Origin: Octopus vulgaris
Taxonomy: Eukaryota
Assembly: GCA_951406725.2 (NCBI GenBank)
Contig: OX597837.1
Coordinates: forward strand, 35,092,001-35,156,000
Direction: 5' to 3'
Length of the DNA stretch: 64,000 bases
In this document: in pieces, positions 1-12,283 of the stretch
Layout of the letters: each line of letters starts with the position of its first letter
How positions within the stretch are numbered: position 1 is the stretch's first letter
The notes under the pieces: model-generated
Told to the model about the DNA's origin: nothing
The model's database searches: none
What the model saw: only the letters and a program-made list of their open reading frames with translations
Program-made: the position numbers and the translations under genes

Positions 1-61
1 TTAGTTTCAGATTTTGGGTCGAGGTCAGGAGGTTCGAGAAAGGAGGCTTAGTTGATTAGTG

Positions 62-1028
62 TTCAACTGGCATTTAGTCTATCGACCCCGAAAAGTATGA
101 AAGGCAAAGTCGACTTCGGCGGGATTTGAACTCAGAACGTAAAAACGGACGAAATGCCGCTATACGTTTCTCCCGGTGTGCTAACGTTTCTTATTTCTTT
201 ACTGTCCACAAGGGGCTACACACAGAGGGGCAAACAAGGACAAACGGATTAAGTCTATTATATTGACCACAGTGCGTAAGGCAAAGTCGATCTCGACGGA
301 ATTTGAACTCAGAACATAGCGGCAGACGAAATACCTATTTCTTTACTACCTACAAGGGGCTAAACACAGAGGAGACAAACAAGGAGAGACAGAGGGATTA
401 AGTCGATTATATAGACCCCAGGGCGTAACTGGTACTTAATTTATCGACCCCGTAAGGATGAAAGGCAAAGTCGACCTCGGCGGAATTTTAACTCAGAACG
501 TAACGGCAGACAAAATACCGCTGAGCATTTCGCCCGGCGTGCTAACGTTTCTTATTTCTTTACTACCCACAAGGGGCTAAACACAGAGGGGACAAACAAG
601 GACAGACAAAGGGATTAAGTCGATTACATCGACCTCAATGCGTAACTGGTACTTAAACTGGTACAAAGTTGGCCTTGGCAGAATTTGAACTCAGAATGTA
701 GCGGTAGACGAAATACCGCTAAGCATTTCACCCGGTGTGCTAACGTTTCTGCCAGCTCGCCGCCTTCCAAGTTGATTATATCGACCCCAGTGCGTAACTG
801 GTACTTATTTAATTGACCCCGAAAGGATGAAAAGCAAAGTCGACCTCGGCGGAATTTTAACTCAGAACGTAACGGCAGACGAAATACCTATTTCTTTATT
901 ATCCACAAGGGGCTAAACACAGCGGACAAACAAGGACAGACATAGGTATTAAGTCGATTACATTGACCCCAAAATACCGATAAGCATTTCGCCCGTCGCG
1001 GGCTAACGTTTCTGCGACCTCGCCGCCT
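62..1028 (-). mobile_element. Nested cluster of tRNA-derived SINEs with Meta-like core (about 6 partial or complete copies)
   Basis: Recurrent gcctttcatcctttcggggtcgataaattaagtaccag core, B-box gagttcaaattcc, tail gccccttgtgggtagtaaagaaata. Confidence 0.85.
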
Positions 1029-1298
1029 TTCAACGTGAGGAAACTATTGACAGAGAATAGAATAAAGGACGTGAGAAGACTTGAGCTAATAATATACAAG
1101 TCGATAGAGAAATTAGAAGAGGCGGGGAAGAGAGGGAGAAAAGTGCAATGAAGGAGAGGGGGAGAGAAGAGGATAGAGGGGGGATTAATTGGTAGACTGA
1201 TTGACATAGAAATTAGGAAAGAGGGAGAAAGAGAGCGGTGGGGGGGGGAGGCTAAAGAGAGCAGAAAGAAAAGCGATACGCAATAGAAAGTACAATAA

Positions 1299-1945
<647 letters not shown>

Positions 1946-1975
1946 GTGGCATAGTACACATACACAGCAACACGT

Positions 1976-2025
<50 letters not shown>

Positions 2026-2255
2026 GTAAATAATAAGCAATGGCTTTGGGTGGGTGCTAACAATCAAGCAGAACGAAAAAAAGCAGAGAGAGGGAGTTAA
2101 GGGAGTAGAGTTAAACTGATAAAATAGAGAAGAGAGAAATGAAATGTCTAGTAGACAGGTTGAGGGAACAAGGGAGGGAAGTGGATTGATAATATGGGGA
2201 AAGACTGATCGGTGGAAGTGTCACACGCAAACATACACACATATATATATATATA

Positions 2256-2478
2256 CTCTTTTACTCTTTTTTTTTTTTTTTACTTGTTTCAGTCATTTGA
2301 CTGCGGCCATGCTGGAGCACCGCCTTTAGTCGAGCAAATCGACCCCCCATGACTTATTCTTTTGTAAGCCCAGTACTTATTCTATCGGTCTCTTTTGCCG
2401 AACCGCTAAGTGACGGGGACGTAAACACACCAGCATCGGTTGTCAAGCAATGCTAGGGGGACAAACACAGACACACAA

Positions 2479-2531
<53 letters not shown>

Positions 2532-2655
2532 TACGACAGGCTTCTTTCAGTTTCCGTCTACCAAATCCACTCACAAGGCATTGGTCGGCCCAGGGCTATA
2601 GCAGAAGACACTTGCCCAAGATGCCGCGCAGTGGGACTGAACCCGGAACCATGTG
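2256..2655 (-). mobile_element. Same SINE family, inverted relative to 1299-1945
   Basis: Reverse complement of the family consensus, 5' truncated. Confidence 0.9.
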
Positions 2656-2769
2656 TACATTGATTACATGAAGCTCGAAGTAATGATCTGTGGAGTTTTT
2701 CAATTTCAATAAAAGCTCAATATTTTGGTAAATTTTTACCACGCGTTTCACTAATAAAAAAAAACTTCG

Positions 2770-3110
2770 GATTTTTCACGTGGAATCAACTACCCTGACC
2801 TCATAATGTGCTGCAAACCCCTTATTTTAATTCGGAAAAAAGAAAAAGCGGGGTGAATCCGGAATCCCACTCCCTTCTTGGAATTATTGGAAATCTTTTT
2901 TCCCTGTTAAATGAATTACGGTGACCTCCTATGATGCCACAAAACTCTTTTGTTGTCAGGAAAACGGGGTGAAACGTTCGGAAATTTCATCCCCGCCTTC
3001 CCAGAATCATTGGAAAATGGTTTTTCTTTTCGTTGAATGAATTACGGTGAGCTAATATGCCACAAAACACGATTCCGTCCGGAAAACGGGGTATCGCGAT
3101 TTGACCGGAA
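2770..3110 (+). repeat. Diverged ~125-bp tandem repeat, CpG-containing
   Basis: Repeated ggaaaacggggtgaa..gaatcattggaaa..tgaattacggtga..atgccacaaaac. Confidence 0.65.
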
Positions 3111-3661
3111 TAGTTCCACTTTAAACAATTCTGTGCTGGCATCTCAGTTTATTTGATAGAGAAGGCGCAAGGCGTCGATGCAAATTAGTTAATCTACATT
3201 GTTAAGAAAAACCTGCTGGAAGAAGCCAATCAGGATTTGAAACTGCAGCCACCTACTTCAGTCACACGCAAAACCACAATATCCAGAATTGTTCCAAGAA
3301 CCGAGAAGGGAAAAGTAAATGAAAGACGAAACACAAATGAGGCTACTTAAATCCAGATGACGTCTAAGAAAATTATTTGGCGTCAAGGAGGCTTCTTGAA
3401 CTGAGAACCACAATAGTGTTCTCTCAACCCTAAGCTATTCACACATTAATAATATCAGGTTTATTATTAAGGTCTTATATTAATATCATTGGCTTCATAT
3501 TGCATTTACTATACAAGACCATATATTAATTAATATAACTTTTATTATAAAACACGTTTTCCCTGAGAGATTGAGATTGAAGAGATTTGATATCCTTCAC
3601 TTGATGTTACTGTCTCTATTTTTGTTTTCTCTCCCCCTGCCCCTCTCAACCAAGCTACGAT

Positions 3662-3896
3662 ATATTTCTTTACTGCCCACAAGGGGCTAAACACAGAGGG
3701 GACAAACAAGGACAGACAAACGGATTAAGTCGATTACATCAACCCTAGTGCGTAACTGGTAACTTAATTTATCGACCCCGAAAGGATGAAAGGCAAAGTT
3801 GACCTCGGCGGAATTTGAACTCAGAACGTAACGGCAGACGAAATACGGCTACGCATTTCGCCTGGCGTGCTAACGTTTCTGCCAGCTCGCCGCCTT
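3662..3896 (-). mobile_element. Full-length Meta-core SINE; further copies at ~20707-20913 +, 42064-42248 +, 44800-45005 +, 46003-46228 -, 50250-50473 +
   Basis: ggcggcgagctggcagaaacgttagc head through to aagaaata tail. Confidence 0.85.
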
Positions 3897-4604
3897 AACA
3901 GGCAAACACGACCTTGGCGGTATTTGAACTCAGAATGTAGAGACAAAGGAAATCTCGCGAAACTTTCACCCTGCGTGTTAACGACTCTACCAGCTCCTCG
4001 TCTTAACCAAGCTACGATTGCCACACAGAACCGGCCAAGATTAAACAAGTGCCGGATGCTCTTGCAAGATGCTCTTGCAAGATGCTCTTGCAAGATGCTC
4101 TTCTATAAGAACTTCACCTGAATTCAAAATTCCTTAACTCTCTGCAACATCGTAAAATCATTTACCAGTCTATCAAATCTAATAATAATTTGCTACTTTC
4201 CATTGGAAGATATTGAAATAAATCTTGCGACCGACGAATGCACCATTGAATTCTCGAAATTGAAACTACGATTCTAACATCCTCTACGTGAAAAACTTAA
4301 CGATTTCATACAACCTCAGCATCAACTAGAAAATTCCTCTACTGTCATATAATTCTTACCATTGTTTGTTTGTAACCAATGCTTTCCAGCTCCTCATATT
4401 CTGAGTTCAAATCCTGCCTAGGTCAATTTTGTCTTTCAATATGATTAAAGTACAGGCAAATACCGGAGTCGGTGGTATCGACCATCCACTTCTCAAAACT
4501 GCTGCTCTTCTGCCTAAAAACTATCCATAAAGTAATACATAAAGCTTTCGTTTCACGTCACGCATTCAAATATGGCAGATCCTAGAGTAATTAATTTGCT
4601 CTTT

Positions 4605-4958
4605 TTAAATACTCTTCGTGTCTGCTTAGTACTTATTCTACCGGTCTCTTTTGCCGAACCGCTAAGTTACGGAGATCTAAACATATGGGCATCGGTTGTC
4701 AAGCGATGTTGGGAGAACAAACACAGACAAACACACACACATACATACATACATACATACACACGCATATATATATATATATATATATATACATACGACG
4801 GGCTTCTTTCAGTTTCCAACTACCAAATCCACTTATAAGGCTTTGGTCGGCCTGAGGCTATAGTAGTAGACACTTGCCCAAGGTGCCACACAGTGAGACT
4901 GAACCCGGAACCATGTGGTTGGTAAGCAAGCTACATACCACACAGCCACTCCTGCGCC
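4605..4958 (-). mobile_element. Same SINE family
   Basis: Reverse-complement match including head. Confidence 0.85.
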
Positions 4959-5539
4959 TATACTAATCTCTCTCAGACTGTCTCACTCTTTTTTTAATTA
5001 CCTTCTGTTTGTATTGTTGTTTTGTGCAGTATTTCTTGTTACTATCATCATAATCATCATTATTGTCGCCGTCGTTGTCATCGTCATCACCGTCATCATT
5101 ATCATCATCTTCTAGAATGGTAGATTGGAAGAATCAATAAAGTGTTGGACCAAATGCCTTCTGCTGCTTTATCTGATACTCATCAGATAAATATGAGTTC
5201 AAATCCACGCCAAGCTTGATTTTACTTTCCATCCAAGTTCTTTAAAACAGAGTACCAACTAAGTACTGGCGTTGATAGTACTGACTAACTCCTTCCTCTT
5301 AAAACTGCTGACCTTTGGCCTAAATAAAAAGCCATTATTCGAAGATGGTGGAATAGTAGAATCATTAATATCAGAAAAAATGCCTTTCACTATTTCCATT
5401 CTGGCATTTTACATTCTGAGTTCAAATCCCACTGAGACCAACTTGACCTTTTGTCCCTCCCATGTTGCTAAATTAAGGTACCAGCCTAGTACTAGAATCT
5501 GTGATATAAACTAACTTCTTGGCCCAGAATTCTACACAA

Positions 5540-5700
5540 ATCTCAAGAAGCTTTCTTAAGATTCTTGCAGGTTTACAATGCAAGTTTTAATTCGAATCTC
5601 TTTCAGATTTTAGGCAGAATTCTTGGTGTTGTACCAAGTGCACCGTTTCCTACAGGAACAATTATTGTCTTGGTCTTCCATAATCTCTTCAGCTCTATTA
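5540..5700 (-). mobile_element. R4/Dong-like (RLE) LINE 3' fragment
   Basis: Minus translation ELKRLWKTKTIIVPVGNGALGTTP resembles the RLE C-terminal W..xxvPvviGaLG motif; abuts (TAA)n. Confidence 0.6.
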
Positions 5701-6237
5701 TTATTATTGAAAGAACTTGGTTGGATTCAAATATTTGTATTTTGAAAAACGGTGAGAGAAGTGAACCAAAGAACCTTTCAATCTCACCTTCATTATTCCT
5801 GTTGGCTACAGATGAGGAAGAGTGTTGAAGAACTTTTTCTTGTGTTTCTAGCAGACGTTCGATAAAATTATTTCAGTAATAATAATAAAACTATGTTTCA
5901 TTTATGTCTCAGTAAATAATAAAAAAAAAAACGAAGCCAAAAATAAATAATATAATAATTAAAATAAACACGTAGATCACACACCAAAGTAGCACTAGCT
6001 CAAAGTAAACTAAAAAGCAACTAAAGTAATCTCCCTTCAATTTGTAGATCACACGCCAAAATAGCACTTTAATCTATATTAAATCACTGTTTGATCTTCA
6101 TTCATTGTTTATTATTATTATTATTATACATACATACATACATACAATGTTCAAATTTACAGACAACAAAAGACAAAGACAGGTGTAGGAACAAAAAGCA
6201 GGTGTATTAGTTTAATGCTTGGGAAGAATGGAAATGT

Positions 6238-6273
6238 CTTTTACGTTTCGAGTCTACACTCTTCGACAGAAAG
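6238..6273 (-). ncRNA. Minimal type-I hammerhead-like motif, CUGUCGA core variant
   Basis: Minus strand reads CTTT-CTGTCGA-A-GAGT(GTAG)ACTC-GAA-ACGT-A-AAAG: 4-bp stem I, 4-bp stem II, palindromic ACGU stem III, GUA site. Confidence 0.65.
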
Positions 6274-6340
6274 GATTGAATGAGAAAAAACACAGAAAGA
6301 AAAAATGTGCGAAGTTCAACGATGCAACATGGCGAGATGG

Positions 6341-6392
<52 letters not shown>

Positions 6393-6479
6393 AGAGTTTA
6401 CGAAAAAAACAAAAGACGAAGACAGGTGGTGTACAAAACAAACAGATGTATTAGTATAACGCTCAGGAATAGAAAAAGT

Positions 6480-6515
6480 CTTTTACGTTTCGAGCCTACG
6501 CTCTTCTACAGTAAG
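6480..6515 (-). ncRNA. Minimal type-I hammerhead-like motif, CUGUAGA core variant
   Basis: Minus strand reads CTTA-CTGTAGA-A-GAGC(GTAG)GCTC-GAA-ACGT-A-AAAG. Stem II covaries with 6238-6273; the stem I closing pair is mismatched. Confidence 0.6.
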
Positions 6516-6660
6516 GGACATAGAAAAAACCAGGAGAGAAAAAATGTGTGTAGTGGCTAACGATCCATCATATATATATATATATAAAATGTGACCGCGT
6601 GTGTACCGTTGGCGATTTTTTCCCTCTGTCTTCCCTTCTCTGGATATTTCCTTCTCCTAT

Positions 6661-6695
6661 GTTTCCGACGAAGAGCTCCACTCGAAACGTTAAAC
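6661..6695 (+). ncRNA. Minimal type-I hammerhead motif, CCGACGA core
   Basis: GTTT-CCGACGA-A-GAG(CTCCA)CTC-GAA-ACGT-T-AAAC: perfect stem I, palindromic stem III, GUU site. Confidence 0.7.
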
Positions 6696-6843
6696 CCTCC
6701 TTCTTTCCTGAGCGTCCAATAATACTATATTTGTTCCATGTCCTCGCGTTGTTGTGTTTTTTCTTTGTGCTTTCATGTTTGGATTAACTATATATATATA
6801 TATATATATATCTTTTACTCGTTTCTTTTACCATAACCTAGAA

Positions 6844-7018
6844 CACTGGTCCCAACCTTATCACAGTAGTTCCCGACCCTTTTATTTAAATGAGTTTTTC
6901 CACGGACCCTTAATATGCTTATCCGTATGTATATGAAATTTTGAATTTAGTTCATGGACCGCCGGTACTATCTTTGCGGACCACCAGGGGTCTGCAGATC
7001 CCAGGTTGGGAACCACTG
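6844..7018. mobile_element. hAT (Charlie-like) MITE
   Basis: TIRs cactggtcccaacc / ggttgggaaccactg; 8-bp TSD acctagaa on both sides. Confidence 0.8.
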
Positions 7019-7693
7019 ACCTAGAATGATGAAAGGTAAAATTGACTTTGAAGGGACTCGAACTCAAAACGTAAAGAGACATAATTTAATAGGCGGAGAA
7101 TTGACAGAATCGTTAGCATGCCAGGCAAAACGTTTGTACGTTCTGAGTTCAATTTCCGCTGAGGTTTACTTTGCGTTTCATCCTTTACCGGTTAGACACT
7201 GAGGGTCGATGTTATCGATTTAATTACATCACCTGAAATTGCTGGCCTTGTGCCAAAATTTGAAACCAATATTTTGTCCGCTGTCCACTTACCGTTTCTG
7301 AAGGCTTAAAGTTCGCAAAAATGAATTAGAGTTATCTCCCGTACATCCTAGAAGAACGTTGAAATGTGAATTAAAATGACGCTTGTTTACAGTTTTTTTT
7401 TTGTTCTGGGATTGTGTTTAGCGCTGTCTCCTAGTCCTATATCAGTAGATCTTCACATTCAGTGTAGTTTCGAAAGGCTGAACACCACAACAATGTCTTT
7501 ATGAATATACTTTTAAAATTCAAAACTGTTAATTACTATTTTGTGTGCTGAGTAACAACGGAGTTGCTTCCCTTCGTCATTGTTTCGCGTGAAGAAAATT
7601 TGGAGCAACAACTAAATGGTTATTATTGTTTGTAGTAAATCCAACGCTGGATTAACCATTAAGCAAAATAAGCACGTGCTTAGGACAGAAAAG

Positions 7694-8107
7694 GGATCTT
7701 TTCGGTTTGAACGGCAGTTTTTAACATAATTTCTAGGTAACTAAAAAATTTTAAACTTCGTATACTGGTAGAATGTGTTTATAAAACATCTTTTTCTCTT
7801 GGCTTTATTGAGAAAATTCTATAGTTTGTAAGATATTTGTTGTATTTTTTCTTCAATTTCTGCAATTTTAACCAATTACTGACGTCTATTGAGGTAAACA
7901 AAAACATTCTGTGCCGTATGAATATGTCCCTCGTTTACGAAACAGATTGGGTTTATTTACATTTGTGAAGAAAAAAAGATACCCTTCCTCCCACCCCTAA
8001 CCCTAAAACAGATTGAAATGCAATAGATCGATACTAGGGTCATAATTATGGGTGACAATTTCATATGACACCGCTAGAAAAAACTGCCGTTCAAACCGAA
8101 AAGATCC
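7694..8107. mobile_element. MITE with 29-bp perfect TIRs
   Basis: GGATCTTTTCGGTTTGAACGGCAGTTTTT ... AAAAACTGCCGTTCAAACCGAAAAGATCC; no clear TSD. Confidence 0.8.
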
Positions 8108-8360
8108 GCGACCGGATTGGTGGAGCGTGAAGAACTGGATTCTGCATGACAACAATACACCCCTATCACCGAACTCTCCTCAATTGTGAGTCTCTCGCCA
8201 AAAACAACATGGTATCACTTCCGCAACCGCCCTATTTGCCAGATTTAGCACACGCGGACTTCCATCTCTTCCCCAAGATGAAAATGCAGCTCAAGGGCTG
8301 CCGTTTTAACCCTGTTATTGAGATCCAGAGTGAATCGCAGAAAGTCCTCGACACGCTTGC
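8108..8360 (+). pseudogene. Mariner transposase fragment
   Basis: WILHDN.., PQPPYLPDLAHADFHLFPKMK (YSPDLAP-D motif), disrupted. Confidence 0.8.
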
Positions 8361-8698
8361 GATAGACAGACATTTTGCCGTTTATATATATAGAGATATA
8401 TAAATGTTAGACTTTCCAGTTGTTAGACAATATATGAGGGTTCGGCAATTTCTTGTTGAACAACCCCACAGTTGTTTTGTTTATAGTGATCAAATGTTTG
8501 TGTTGCACATAAGCTCACTTCCCTCTGTCAAATCGACATTACCTGTACAGGTGCATGACATACCATAAGTCAGATGACAAAATGATTGCAGAGCAATGTG
8601 AAATGAAGTGTTTTGTTGAAAAGCACAACACACCGCCAGGTCTAGGAATCGAAAGCATGATCTTGCAATCATAAAATCAATACTCTAACCACTAAGCC

Positions 8699-8730
<32 letters not shown>

Positions 8731-8733
<3 letters not shown>

Positions 8734-9004
8734 TGTAAAATAATATGTGACAATTATTCGGTAACCAAGATAAAAACTTTCTGAGTTTCGGATGCCGAGG
8801 TGGAAATCCACAACATCATCTCTTTGGTTATCTGGCCAGATAACCGAAGAGACGGTGGTGTGGATTTCCACCTCGCCATCCGAAACTCAGAGTTTTATCT
8901 TGGCTATTGAATAATTGTCACATATTATTTTACAGATAAATTTCCTCTATTTAAATAATATTGAGGTCTCTTTCTTTCTTTTGTTATCTTACCATTTTTA
9001 CCAA
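8731..9004 (+). mobile_element. Fold-back (105-bp arms, centre 8835/8836) HHR cassette plus unique tail, inserted in (TA)n
   Basis: 8731-8835 is the slightly diverged reverse complement of 8836-8937; (TA)n on both sides. Confidence 0.75.
8838..8900 (+). ncRNA. Type-I hammerhead motif, CCGAAGA core, long stem II
   Basis: AGATAA-CCGAAGA-GACGGTGGTGTGGATTTCCACCTCGCCATCC-GAA-ACTCAGAGT-T-TTATCT: 6-bp stem I, stem III ACT/AGT, GUU site. Confidence 0.7.
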
Positions 9005-10560
9005 TATATATATATATATATGACTGTGGGAAACCATCATTGATCATTAAGAACATTAGGCACACAGGCAAAATTATACTTCACATTTGAGGCTATGTCT
9101 GTATGTATGTATGCATGCATGTACGTGCGTACGTCCCAGTGTAACATTACACATCCAACAGAGCATGCTTGCTCCACTTCTTTCCAACCTTCTCACATGT
9201 AAGAACTCATAACCGACCAAAAACATAAAGGACCATAACATTTCTGTTATCCACCACCCTAGTTCTTGGTAACCCACCACTCTCTAACCACACTGAAGTA
9301 ACAAGAACAAAAATTTCTTTATAATAATGTTTATTATGACCTGATTTTTAAAAAAATATTACAAGAAAAAGGAGGAACAGAATGCCAAAAACTCAACTTT
9401 TGTTTCCATCGAAGGTTTTTGTATGTTTTTTTTTGTTTTATGCTCATTCATTACCCCTTTAACCCTATTGTTACCCTATTTCTGTAGAAATACAATTACC
9501 TTTATTTCAATTAATTTTGAAAGCAACGAAGGATTTAGGACAATAGCTTTGCCATTATTAAGTTAGAATTTGGAACATGAATTAACGTGAAATTTAATTG
9601 GAAGATTTTAATTAAGATCCCTTTAACCCTTTTTTTTAATGATATTTCTGTGGGAATACTCTACCTTTGTTTCAATTCGTTTTGAAAATAATGAAGAATT
9701 TCGTAAAATAATGTTGTAAAATAATTAATCTGGTGTTTGGAACATAAATTAGCATGAAAATTTTATGGAAGATTATGGTTTTCTATGATACAAGTTCCAG
9801 AACAGAAAAGTTCTATCATTGCCTCAGGAATGGCCTCAGGCAGTTTTCTACAAAATGATTAATTATGAGTTTGTTTTGTTTTTGTTTTTTCAACTTCTTT
9901 TCCATTTATTTTTGTTTTAATCCCAAAGTTTTCTTCACAGCATTCATAACCGTATTGGTGTTGCACTGGTGGTGGTGGTGTTGGTGGTGGTAGTAGTGGT
10001 GGTGTTGGTGATGGTGGTGGGGGGTAGTGGCGGTGGTGATAGTGGGGGGGTAGTGGTGGTGGTAGTGGTGGTAGCTAACAGTATTGTTAGTTGTCACAAG
10101 TAAAATATCCTATTCTTCAATATTCTTCAAACTTTGCACCCTTTGTGTGTGTGTGTGCATGTGCACGCATATGTGTATGTGTGTGAGTGTATGTGTGTGT
10201 GCATGTTAATTCGTGTGTGTGTATGTGTGTTTGTGCATTTGCGTGATATCACCTCCCTCACAAGCACAGTAGATTACATTGCAGTCTGATAAACCCTGTT
10301 TCATAATTGGGTCATCAACAACAACTAAACCAATTCTGCTGACCAAGCGTGCCTTGTAAGGAGGGCTGCTGGAAACCCATCCTGGGAAAAGAACTAAAGA
10401 ACCCAACACCAAGTCATCAACTGTGTAATAAATGTGTGGGAACACAGAAACCCTTGTAATGGTGACCAAGGGCGCAGTGGGGACACTTGAGAGCGATAAA
10501 CACATAATTCTTTACGTTATTTACATTTGATGGATATTTGTCCTCATCTTGTTTGTTGTT

Positions 10561-10606
10561 AACACAACGTTTCGGCTGATATACCCTCCAGCCTTCATCA
10601 GGTTTC
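10561..10606 (-). ncRNA. Minimal type-I hammerhead motif with canonical CUGAUGA core
   Basis: Minus strand reads GAAAC-CTGATGA-A-GGCTG(GAGGGTATAT)CAGCC-GAA-ACGT-T-GTGTT: 5-bp stem II. Stem I is imperfect because the element is cut by a SINE fragment. Confidence 0.75.
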
Positions 10607-11186
10607 TGCTAGCTCGCTGCCTTTTTGATTACTTCTTCACCAAATGAGGGAACTGGAGAGATGTGGCAGCAGCTTTCTAGAGACGGCACTGATCACATGT
10701 TGATAAAGACTTAGAGTACGAGCTCCAAAAGATTCTTGCCTGATTCTGGAATTGGCCAGCAAATCCTGTGACTGGCAGTCGTGCTCCGTTTGTGGGCTTC
10801 CATGGTAACAGCCAAGAAGTTTATAATTTTACAAGAAGAGGTTGTACTCTGATACGTCTTGACTTAGACCATGTGTTTGTGTGTGTGTGTGTGGGTGTAT
10901 GTGAGAGAGAGAGAGAGAGAAACAGGGGGCAAGGTGGAGAGACAAAGAGATATGTAAGAGTCGGAGAGATATAAAGAGGAACATATACATGAAGGAAGGA
11001 GAGGGAGGGGGGAGAGGAGGGGACTAAAAAGGTGTAATGGAAACAGAAATGAATGAACTGTCTTTGCATGGAGTCTGTAGAAGTTAGTAATCTTCGGTCA
11101 AATCATCTTCACTGCCTGGAAATAGAAAGAAGATATAATATATTATAATATCTATTTCTTTATTTTATATTTATTTCTTTATCACA

Positions 11187-11226
<40 letters not shown>

Positions 11227-11229
<3 letters not shown>

Positions 11230-11510
11230 ATTCATAATTAAGGGCAAACGAAAAAATTTCTAATGCCAGATATGCCGAAAAATTGGACATATTGTCCATT
11301 AACCATATAATTTTTTCACAATATGCACACTACTCGAAAAAAGGGTGACAGAAATTTCTAAAACATTCCATTATTACCATATCGTACTGATTTCAGGGTC
11401 CGAAAATTTTTTCGTTTGCCCTTAATTATGAATTGTTTATAGATTTAACCTTTAAAGGTATTTTTTGATATGCTGGCCATTGATAAAATTTTTTTTGAAA
11501 AAGAATATAT
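11227..11510. mobile_element. TA-flanked element with 33-bp inverted repeat (11227-11259 / 11404-11436) and unique tail
   Basis: acaattcataattaagggcaaacgaaaaaattt and its exact reverse complement; no HHR core found. Confidence 0.5.
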
Positions 11511-11818
11511 TTAAAAAAAAAAAAAATTTTTATCCTTCATTAGATGTATATATATATATATATATATATATAAACACACACATTTCATAAAAAAATACAT
11601 AATATAGACAAAAGAAAAAGAAAATGAATTAACGTAAATACATGTAATTTTTATACATGCATGCATGCGCACACGTGCACGTGTGTGTGTGTGTGTGTGT
11701 AATTTATGTATAATATATAGAATATTTATGATATTATTGTACATCTTCCTGTATTTCTGTCTGTTCTGTTTGTGTTGTTTATGCCAATGGAGGTAATAAA
11801 CTCAAATGGAGAAATGTA

Positions 11819-11860
<42 letters not shown>

Positions 11861-12017
11861 TAGAAAAAAAACACCTTTTATCAATTCAAAATGAACAATT
11901 AAATTACACCATCTAGAAAATTACATATAATAGATAAGTTAAAATCAAAATAACAATAAAATGTAAAGATTAAGTAAATTGCAAAAATAATAATAATAAC
12001 GTATATAATAGGTAGAA

Positions 12018-12050
<33 letters not shown>

Positions 12051-12283
12051 ATTTAGCACAGAAGTAAGTCTAAAACATTTCAATTTAAAAAGGAATTTAA
12101 TAAAAATGATTTTAAAAGATTATTTTAAAAATTACATAAAGAAGATATTACCAGTTTTTATTAATCTCATCTTATCAAATATCAGTAAAATTTTATAAAA
12201 AGTTTAAATAAAAACAGTTTATCTTCTGTTTGGGGGTCAAGAACATGTATATATATATATATATATATGTGTGTATATATATT

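Larger units (their letters stand above)
6146..6790. mobile_element. Three stacked ~190-200 bp hammerhead-bearing cassettes (6146-6341 -, 6389-6570 -, 6586-6790 +) separated by (TA)n; Penelope-like pLTR remnants
   Basis: Mutually similar flanks (ttcctgagcgt..aatac, pyrimidine-rich leader), one HHR motif each, each bounded by microsatellite. Confidence 0.65.

Noticed and set aside
7990-8006. Telomere-like ccctaaccctaa
   Set aside because: Only two units, internal to a MITE.
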